In this document: positions 57,167 to 64,000 of the stretch, in pieces
How the letters are laid out: each line of letters begins with the position of its first letter
Numbering within the stretch: the first letter of the stretch is position 1
NCBI GenBank assembly: GCA_049320885.1
Contig: JBMORA010000064.1
Span: forward strand, 1-64,000
From: Thermodesulfobacteriota bacterium
GTDB taxonomy: Bacteria; Desulfobacterota; Desulfobacteria; Desulfobacterales; SURF-7
Direction: 5' to 3'
DNA: 64,000 nucleotides
The notes under the pieces: generated by a model
Seen by the model: only the letters and a program-made list of their open reading frames with translations
The model's database searches: none
What the model was told of the DNA's origin: nothing
Position numbers and translations under genes: made by a program

Positions 57167-59476
57167 ATGAGCGATCAGCAGAATCAGAAAAATATCGACA
57201 AGGCGATTCAAAACCTGAACAACAGCATGAGCGAGAGGGAACAGCGGTCGCCTATATCCTTCGAGGAATTTTTAAAAATCCTGGCCGTTCAGCCGGCCAC
57301 GGTCATGAGGAATATTTTCCAGGTGTTTCACGATATGCTGAAACACTATATCGGCGGAGGGATTGACGAATATCCCGATGACCCGGAATCCATCAATTAC
57401 GTGTACTACGACTGCGCCCCTCTTTTCGTCGACGGGGCGGACCGGCCCTTCTTCGCCGACCGGTTGTTCGCCAACCGGTTAGTCAATCTGGCCGAATCCT
57501 TCAAACGGGGGGCCCAACAAAACAAGATCCATATTTTCGAGGGGCCGCCTGGTTGCGGAAAAAGCACTTTCCTGAACAATCTCTTGCGTAAATTCGAGGA
57601 GTACACCCATTCCGAAAACGGTACGCGCTACGAGACCGTCTGGCGCATCGACCGCAGCCTTTTGGGGGGATATTTGGAGCAGGAAATCAACCCCGGAATC
57701 GAAAAGCTGCTGCAGTTGCTGGATAATTCAGGTAAAAGCGTCAAAGAGATGAGCAATTCCTCCCAGACCGACACCGCCGCCGGCGACTATCTGGAGATTG
57801 CCTGCCCCAGCCACGACAACCCCATTCTGATGATTCCCAAGCATTTTCGGCGTGCTTTTTTCGACGATCTCTTTCGCAACGATGAGTTCAAATGGAAACT
57901 GTCCACGGAAAAGGAATATGATTGGATCTTCCGGGATGTCCCCTGCACTATCTGCAGTTCCCTTTACAGTGCGCTGCTGGGAAAACTCAACAGCCCCCTT
58001 CAGGTTTTCCGGCAGATTTTCGCCCAACCCTATCAGTTCAACAGACGCCTGGGCAAAGGGATCAGTGTTTTCAACCCCGGTGACCGGCCCATGCGGGAAA
58101 CCATCCTGACCAATCCGATTCTCCAGCGCCGGATCAATTCCCTGTTACGGGACAGCAACCAGGTCGCTTACATTTATTCCCGTCACGCCAAAACCAACAA
58201 CGGCATTTATGCCCTCATGGATATCAAATCCCACAACACCGACCGACTCATAGAACTTCACAACATCATCAGTGAAGGCGTTCATAAAGTCGAGGATATC
58301 GAAGAAAACGTCAATTCCCTGTTTCTGGCGGTGATGAATCCGGAAGACAAACCGAACATCCAGGAATTCCAGTCTTTTCTAGATCGGATCGAGTATATTA
58401 CCATTCCCTATGTCATGGAACTCGATACGGAGGTTCAGATTTACCGGAATACGTTCGGCAGTCATATCGACGCCAATTTCCTTCCGAGGGTGCTGGAAAA
58501 TTTCGCGCGCGCCATCATTTCCTCCCGGCTGAACGAGAAGTCGGAAGCGCTTCTGGAGTGGATCGGAGATCCGGATAAGTACAAACTCTACTGCGACAAG
58601 AACCTCATGTTATTAAAGATGGAAATCTACAGCGGAAGAATTCCGGCCTGGCTTTTGGAAGAAGACCGCAAACGATTCACGGCAAAAAGAAGGCGGAATA
58701 TCATCGATGAGTCCGAAAAAGAAGGGGGCAGCGGCATCTCGGGACGTGATTCCATCAAGATTTTCAATGAATTCTATTCCACTTACGGCAAGGAAGACAA
58801 TCTCATCAACATGTCGATGCTGTGCCAGTTTTTTCACAAACTCCGAAAAAGCGGCGAGACTTCCATACCGGAAGGGTTCCTGGAATCGTTGCTCCAGATG
58901 TATGACTACACCGTACTCCAGGAAGTGAAAGAGGCGCTGTACTTTTACAACGAGGAGCAGATTTCACGAAATCTGCAGAATTATATTTTTGCGGTCAATT
59001 TCGAACCAGGGGCTGTTGAGACCAGCAGCTATACAAAGGACCGCATCGAGATCTCCGAGGAATGGTTTGAAAGCATCGAAGCCAAACTGATGGGAGCCGG
59101 CCAGGACAAGGGACGGCACTACATGTTCCGCAAAGAAATCCAGAAAACCTATACTTCCCGGACTTTGACCCAGGAAATAATCCTGGAAGGCAAAAGGCTG
59201 ACGGAAACAGCTCTGTATGGGGATCTGCGGGAACGCTATATCCACAATTTAAAAGAGAAAGTTCTCGATCCCTTCCTCAAGAATGAAAATTTCCGCCGCG
59301 CCATCAAAGATTTTGACAAGGAGGAATTCAAAACCTACGATTCCAAAATTCAGGAAGATGTCAATCTGCTGATGGAAAATCTGTACACCCGCTTTGCTTA
59401 CTCCAAAAAAGGCGCGCAGGAGATCTGCATTTATGTGATCGACAACGATCTGGCGAAACGATTTGCCGGGAATTAG
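57167..59476 (+). CDS. prkA: PrkA/YeaG-family AAA+ protein (copy 2, divergent)
   Basis: Walker A GPPGCGKST, CPSHDNP, FLDRI, IPYV, GISGR. Confidence 0.85.
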   Translation: MSDQQNQKNIDKAIQNLNNSMSEREQRSPISFEEFLKILAVQPATVMRNIFQVFHDMLKHYIGGGIDEYPDDPESINYVYYDCAPLFVDGADRPFFADRLFANRLVNLAESFKRGAQQNKIHIFEGPPGCGKSTFLNNLLRKFEEYTHSENGTRYETVWRIDRSLLGGYLEQEINPGIEKLLQLLDNSGKSVKEMSNSSQTDTAAGDYLEIACPSHDNPILMIPKHFRRAFFDDLFRNDEFKWKLSTEKEYDWIFRDVPCTICSSLYSALLGKLNSPLQVFRQIFAQPYQFNRRLGKGISVFNPGDRPMRETILTNPILQRRINSLLRDSNQVAYIYSRHAKTNNGIYALMDIKSHNTDRLIELHNIISEGVHKVEDIEENVNSLFLAVMNPEDKPNIQEFQSFLDRIEYITIPYVMELDTEVQIYRNTFGSHIDANFLPRVLENFARAIISSRLNEKSEALLEWIGDPDKYKLYCDKNLMLLKMEIYSGRIPAWLLEEDRKRFTAKRRRNIIDESEKEGGSGISGRDSIKIFNEFYSTYGKEDNLINMSMLCQFFHKLRKSGETSIPEGFLESLLQMYDYTVLQEVKEALYFYNEEQISRNLQNYIFAVNFEPGAVETSSYTKDRIEISEEWFESIEAKLMGAGQDKGRHYMFRKEIQKTYTSRTLTQEIILEGKRLTETALYGDLRERYIHNLKEKVLDPFLKNENFRRAIKDFDKEEFKTYDSKIQEDVNLLMENLYTRFAYSKKGAQEICIYVIDNDLAKRFAGN

Positions 59477-59510
59477 CGATCGAAGGGCGCCTGCTATCAA
59501 CTGAAGCAGC

Positions 59511-61178
59511 TTACGCTTTTTTCCGCAGCGGCCGGATGGTGGCGGCGATCAAGAGGATCAGCCCCATCGGCAGCATGCCGGTTGCAGAAACTTCCGTGCT
59601 GGTGGAGGCGATGAAGCAACCGCCGCCGCCCGAGCCGCCTTCCTCCGCCGCAGGAGCCTGTGCCGTCGAGGCCTGGGTGCGGGTGGTTTCCGTCCCTTCC
59701 CCGAAGGAGGCGGGATCGGCGGTCAGGGCCCGATAGGCGTTGACCCGGCCGGAAGTCAGGTTGGCGCCGGAAAGGCCGGCCGCCACATCCACGGTATTCA
59801 TGATCTGGTCCTTCACCTGGGCCGGTGTCCACAAGGGATAGCGGGCGAAAATCAAGGCCGCCGTGGCCGCCACCATGGGCGCGGAGAAGGAGGTGCCCTG
59901 GGTTTCGCCGTAGCCGTTGTCCAGCAGGGTGGTGACGATGTTCTGACCCGGGGCGGACACGTCCACCCAGTCGCCGAAGTTGGAGAACCAGGATTTGCCG
60001 TCATTCTTGTCCGTGGCGCCCACGGAGATCAGGCCGGGGATATCGTAGGCCGCCGGGTACACCAGGGAGCCCGAGCCTTCGTTGCCGGCGCTGCAGACGA
60101 TCAGGACCCCCTTGCTCGCGGCGTATTCCAGGGCCGCCTTGTAGCTGTTGCTGTAGCGATCGCTGCCCGAACTGATGTTGATCACCCGGGCGCCGTTGTC
60201 CGCGGCATAGATCACGCCCTTGGCCACATGGGAGGAGCTCAGCACCGCGTTGCCTTCGGTGTTCATGTACCCGGCGCGGATGAGCATCACCCGGCTCTTG
60301 CCGGCGATGCCGGCGATGCCGATGCCGTTGCCGGTGGTGGCGCCGATGATGCCCTGGACCCGGTTGCCGTGGGAGGAGAGCCGGAAGGTGGGGTCGTTGT
60401 CCTCATCGCGGTAATCGTTGGCCGGTTCCTCGAGGCCCACCGGCTGGTTGACGAAATCCCAGCCCGTGATATCGTCCACGTAGCCGTTGCGGTCGTCGTC
60501 CACGCCGTTGTTCTCGATTTCCCCCGGATTGCGCCAGAGGTTGGCCTGGAGGTCTTCATGGGTCAGGTCGAAGCCCATGTCGATGACCGCCACGATGATG
60601 TCGCTGCTGCCCGCTTCCACTTCCCAGGCCTTGGTGACGGCCATGCCGAAGCCGCCTGTTTCCGGATTGTCCAGGCTCCATTGCCGGGGAAAGAGCTCGT
60701 CGTTGGGGAAATCCAGGGTTTCATTATCGTAATTGGGCTCACAGGTGTTGACCAGGGGGTTCTTCTTCAGCTCGGCCACCATTGCCGTCACGTCTGCGCC
60801 CGGCGGCAGGATCAGGACATAATATTGAATGGCGTCGATTTGCTCATGGACCGTCAGGCCGTGGTCCTGGATCAGGGCGGCGATATCGGCCGGATGGGCA
60901 TCGGCCTGGAAACGGACCACCACCTGTCCGTCCACGAAGCCGCCGGCTTCATCTGCCCGGGCTCCGGGGCTCGTGAAAAGCAGACACAGAACCAGCATGG
61001 CCTGTCCGACCATGGAGCGCCATTTTTTGAGCTGTTTTCCCAGGGTTTTTTCCGAAAGACCCAGCATTCTGGCGGCGGCGCTCTTGTCGCCGCCGGTGCG
61101 TTTGAGCGCCTCCTGAATGAGCATCCGGGTGATGGTTTCGATGGTCGGAAGTTTGTCGGTGAAGGTGATGGTTGCCAT
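59511..61178 (-). CDS. S8 subtilase with N-terminal Fis-type HTH, signal peptide, I9-like prodomain and GGGGCFI-type C-terminal sorting tail
   Basis: ATG at 61178 after GGGGGA; catalytic D (VAVIDMG), H (SSHGN), oxyanion N (SAGNEG), S (GTSFSAP); see findings. Confidence 0.92.
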   Translation of the reverse strand: MATITFTDKLPTIETITRMLIQEALKRTGGDKSAAARMLGLSEKTLGKQLKKWRSMVGQAMLVLCLLFTSPGARADEAGGFVDGQVVVRFQADAHPADIAALIQDHGLTVHEQIDAIQYYVLILPPGADVTAMVAELKKNPLVNTCEPNYDNETLDFPNDELFPRQWSLDNPETGGFGMAVTKAWEVEAGSSDIIVAVIDMGFDLTHEDLQANLWRNPGEIENNGVDDDRNGYVDDITGWDFVNQPVGLEEPANDYRDEDNDPTFRLSSHGNRVQGIIGATTGNGIGIAGIAGKSRVMLIRAGYMNTEGNAVLSSSHVAKGVIYAADNGARVINISSGSDRYSNSYKAALEYAASKGVLIVCSAGNEGSGSLVYPAAYDIPGLISVGATDKNDGKSWFSNFGDWVDVSAPGQNIVTTLLDNGYGETQGTSFSAPMVAATAALIFARYPLWTPAQVKDQIMNTVDVAAGLSGANLTSGRVNAYRALTADPASFGEGTETTRTQASTAQAPAAEEGGSGGGGCFIASTSTEVSATGMLPMGLILLIAATIRPLRKKA

Positions 61179-61218
61179 GGTGATTCCCCCTGTTGTTGTG
61201 AGCGTTGGCCGGTAATAG

Positions 61219-61234
61219 AGCAAGGGGGGTGCCA
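61219..61234 (-). promoter_or_regulatory. Sigma54 (-24/-12) promoter of the subtilase gene
   Basis: TGGCAC-CCCCC-TTGCT, a full match to TGGCAC-N5-TTGCW, 40 bp upstream of the ATG. Confidence 0.85.
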
Positions 61235-61311
61235 CGAGCCGATACTTTGGTATCGATTTGAATTGTAAGGATTTATTCGTCGTCAGAGGGGGTTTTGAAA
61301 AACCGCTGACC

Positions 61312-61419
61312 CGGCAACCCAGGTTGCGGGGAAAGGGCCGGGGCCGCAGACAAAAGCCCGCCCGGCAAGGATCTGCCGGACGGGCAAGCAAGGTTCACAC
61401 GGCAACTTATGTTGCGGGG
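61312..61419. promoter_or_regulatory. Twin palindromic sites (candidate enhancer/UAS)
   Basis: CGGCAAC-CCAG-GTTGCGGGG (61312-61331) and CGGCAAC-TTAT-GTTGCGGGG (61400-61419): 17/20 identical, core GCAAC-N4-GTTGC. Confidence 0.7.
61352..61385 (-). terminator. Intrinsic terminator after tonB
   Basis: Plus strand AAAA-GCCCGCCCGGCA-AGGATC-TGCCGGACGGGC, i.e. a hairpin followed by TTTT on the minus strand. Confidence 0.7.
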
Positions 61420-61443
61420 GTTTTGGAAAAGGGGGAAAAAACG

Positions 61444-62145
61444 CTAACGCAGTTGGAATACGATCGGCACGTTGATCTGCATGTCCACAGGACGGCCGTT
61501 GCGTGTGCCGGGTTGAAAAACCCATTGCCAGATGGCCGTCATGGCCGACCGGTCGAGGAGCGAATAGCCGCTGGATTGAAGTAGGCGGGCATCAGCGACG
61601 GTTCCGGAAGCGGTTACCAGAACATGCAGCATCACCGTGCCCTGGTATCCTCTGCGACGGGCCTGGGAAGGATAAGGCGGCGCCGGATTGATATCGTAGC
61701 GCGGGCTTGCTTCCCTAATCTGTTCCGGCTGGGTTTCCGCTGCCCCAGCTGACAATACCGTTGCCGCTTCGGCTTTTTCCGCTATTGGCCCGGGAGGGGA
61801 GGGGCCTGTTTCTCCGGTGGCCCCGGAAACGGTTTCCAGAGGTGGGGGAATGGCCGTTTCCGGAATGGGGTTTGCCTGTTCAGGCATTGGTGCCGGTGTC
61901 TGGGGAAGGGGCGATGATTTGGGAATGGGGCGGCGTGCGGCAGGAACCCCATGCGTTGCCGTCGTTTTGGGCGGAGAGGGCTGATGGTGGGGCCGGGGCG
62001 CTTCGCGCTGCAGCAGTTGCACGCTCAGGAAGCGGGTTTCACGGTGATGGAGTGGCCACCGCCGTTCCAACCTGCCTGCGGCCATGGTAAGGAAGGCGGC
62101 ATGGATCAGGATGGAGAGGAACAAGGCCGGAAAAAGCCGTTTCAT
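61444..62145 (-). CDS. tonB: TonB energy transducer
   Basis: TM with S-x3-H, Pro-rich linker, YPSQARRRGYQG, SSGYSLLD, VPIVFQL. Confidence 0.93.
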   Translation of the reverse strand: MKRLFPALFLSILIHAAFLTMAAGRLERRWPLHHRETRFLSVQLLQREAPRPHHQPSPPKTTATHGVPAARRPIPKSSPLPQTPAPMPEQANPIPETAIPPPLETVSGATGETGPSPPGPIAEKAEAATVLSAGAAETQPEQIREASPRYDINPAPPYPSQARRRGYQGTVMLHVLVTASGTVADARLLQSSGYSLLDRSAMTAIWQWVFQPGTRNGRPVDMQINVPIVFQLR

Positions 62146-62550
62146 TTACCGTTCCTTTTCAGCCTCAAGGGAAATCCGATTGATCCCAGCCGCCTTGATC
62201 CGATCGATGACGTTGAACAGTTTCTGGTAGGTCAAGCGGTTGTCCGCGAACAGCAGCAATCCGGCATTCCGGCGGCCGACGGTTTTATCCTTCAATTTTT
62301 GAGCCAGTGCCTCCAGATTCACCGGCTCTTTGTCCAAAAACAAGGTGCCGTCCTGCAGGACGGTAACCGACAGCAGGACCTGCTGATCGATTCTGGCGGT
62401 TTCCGAAACGGGCAGATCGACCGGCAAGGCGTGGTGAACAGCCATGGAAAGCATGGCGTAGACAAAGAATACGAGCAACAGAAAAATCATGTCCACGACG
62501 GGGATCATTTCAATGCGGGCTTTCCGTTCGACCTTGAAATCAATTTTCAC
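62146..62550 (-). CDS. exbD: ExbD/TolR
   Basis: IEMIPVVDMIFLLLVFF, VDLP, LFAD; GTG start after GGGAGG. Confidence 0.93.
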   Translation of the reverse strand: MKIDFKVERKARIEMIPVVDMIFLLLVFFVYAMLSMAVHHALPVDLPVSETARIDQQVLLSVTVLQDGTLFLDKEPVNLEALAQKLKDKTVGRRNAGLLLFADNRLTYQKLFNVIDRIKAAGINRISLEAEKER

Positions 62551-63178
62551 GGCCGGCCTCCCCGTTTTTTTTTGCGGTGTTTGCCAATTTTTCATACACG
62601 ATTTCAAGGCTGGTGGCGTATTTTTCGATCAGCAGGGCCGCCCGTTCGATGCAGGCATTGAAGTAGTTATAAAAAAAAACCGTTGGGATGGCGACTCCGA
62701 GACCGGCAGCCGTGGTGATCAGCGCCTCGGCGATGCCCCCGGTGACGATCTCCGGATGTTCAATACCGGAGGTTCCGAGCATGTCAAAGGCGGTGATGAT
62801 GCCCGTTACGGTTCCGAATATTCCCAGCAGCGGCGCGACGGTGATCATTGTATCCAGAACTCCCATATAGCGGCGCATCCGTTTGATCTCGTCCGCTCCG
62901 GCCGATTCCATGGCCTTGACCATGGAATACTCCCGGTGAAGGATTCCGGAAACGAGGATACGGATGACATGGTTTCTGGTGCCTGCGGCTTTTTCTTTTA
63001 CCCCGGACCAGTTTCCCACACGGCAAAGTTCCAGAATTTCATCCACGAGATTCTGGTTGTAGCTGAGCCTCAGCACAATCCAGAAAATTGATCGTTCGAT
63101 GATGACGGTCAGGGAAAGCAGGGAGCAGAACAGCAGCGGGTACATGACGGGACCGCCTTTATAGAAGAGTTCAATCAT
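62540..63178 (-). CDS. exbB: ExbB/TolQ/MotA proton channel
   Basis: GGPVMYPL, APLLGIFGTVTGII, GIAEALITTAAGL. Confidence 0.93.
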   Translation of the reverse strand: MIELFYKGGPVMYPLLFCSLLSLTVIIERSIFWIVLRLSYNQNLVDEILELCRVGNWSGVKEKAAGTRNHVIRILVSGILHREYSMVKAMESAGADEIKRMRRYMGVLDTMITVAPLLGIFGTVTGIITAFDMLGTSGIEHPEIVTGGIAEALITTAAGLGVAIPTVFFYNYFNACIERAALLIEKYATSLEIVYEKLANTAKKNGEAGREN

Positions 63179-64000
63179 GGTCTTTGTTCCTTATTCTTTG
63201 TTGATATAAGCCGGATAGAATCGCCTTCAGGGCCGCGCGGAGAGGCGCCGGAAGTCTGTCCAACCGGTTGAAATCGGGGCCGGTCGCTTCGATTTCGCCG
63301 CCGGCGATTTCCTCACCGACCAGGCGGCACCAGCTTTCATGGGCGGACAGATCCCCCACCAGCCCCTGCTCGGATGCATCGCTGATGGAAAGGGCGGCGG
63401 TCAAGAAGCCCGCATAGCGGGGATCCATCAGGATTGCCTCCAGGTCGGCAACCAACTGGTCTTGATCCACCCCGCATTCACAATTTTCACCGGCGATCAG
63501 GGAAGAGGGTGTGATACCGCGTTCCCGCAGGCGGCTGAAAATGGAGCGGTTGCCCGTCAACCTGTTCTGGAGTGAAACCGCCCGGATCACTCCGGCATGG
63601 ACAACAGCGGCGATCAATTCCCCCATTTTGGTGTGACCGCCAGTGTTGTCGATGGTGCGGCCTATTCCCTGGGCAATGAGGATATTGTCCGTTCCGGTTC
63701 CGGTAGCGCCGTATGACAGGGGGGTCTCGCTGCTGCGGATATCCAGGTCCTGAAGCGCGGCTGTTTTGGCTTCCGTGGCCGTGATGATTGCCCGGGTCAT
63801 GGCCCGGGGCGTCAACCGCATATTGGTCAGCAGGATGATGTTGATGGTGCCGGGTTCATAATACCCGCCGGAATCTTTGGATGTCCTCAAGGCATTGGAC
63901 TGCACACCGGCGGTTATCAGGGCATAAACCCGCATGTCCTTGAAGGCTTTTTCCGTGACGGCGAGATGGTCCATATTCGCGCCGGTAAATAACAGGCTGG
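63171..64000 (-). CDS. cbiZ: Adenosylcobinamide amidohydrolase CbiZ-domain protein (5' end outside window)
   Basis: TAGV-x-x-N, PGTINIILLTN, AIITATEAK, ATGTGTD. Confidence 0.85.
   Translation of the reverse strand, partial: SLLFTGANMDHLAVTEKAFKDMRVYALITAGVQSNALRTSKDSGGYYEPGTINIILLTNMRLTPRAMTRAIITATEAKTAALQDLDIRSSETPLSYGATGTGTDNILIAQGIGRTIDNTGGHTKMGELIAAVVHAGVIRAVSLQNRLTGNRSIFSRLRERGITPSSLIAGENCECGVDQDQLVADLEAILMDPRYAGFLTAALSISDASEQGLVGDLSAHESWCRLVGEEIAGGEIEATGPDFNRLDRLPAPLRAALKAILSGLYQQRIRNKDHD

Noticed and set aside
61179..61391. N-terminal 71-aa extension of the subtilase given in the ORF track
   Set aside because: It overlaps the sigma54 promoter, palindromes and terminator; the RBS supports ATG at 61178.

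Overview
A 64 kb chromosomal window from a GC-rich anaerobic deltaproteobacterium. Desulfobacterota, probably Desulfobacterales-like, is inferred from gene content: sirC-ccsA-hemA cluster, MesB-type methionine synthase, CCG-domain Fe-S protein, sigma54 promoters and a GGGGCFI C-terminal sorting tail. Positions 1-3.8 kb are the AT-rich end of an accessory island abutting the 3' end of tRNA-Asn. It holds an IS21-like terminus that has replaced the 3' end of a Sel1-repeat gene, a lipoprotein, a 45-aa small ORF, a small DNA-binding protein with three copies of a 22-bp palindrome, and a promoter-repeat-terminator cassette. Positions 4-59 kb are mostly core genome: aspS, hisS, M16 peptidase, rsmA, ihfA, cheY, uvrD, polA, AsmA-like protein, tatA, rnc, dksA, hemA, dusB, a soluble hybrid kinase, a MoxR/vWA pair, a frameshifted USP gene and a prkA-yeaH-spoVR-prkA operon. 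The most unusual feature is at 59.5-61.4 kb: a secreted, C-terminally tagged subtilase whose N-terminus, ahead of the signal peptide, is a Fis-type helix-turn-helix like those of sigma54 activators. It sits behind a perfect sigma54 promoter with twin palindromic enhancer-like sites, and is a candidate self-regulating 'DNA-binding signal peptide' system. The window ends in a cbiZ-exbB-exbD-tonB corrinoid salvage cluster. All calls come from reading the sequence by eye; no searches were run.
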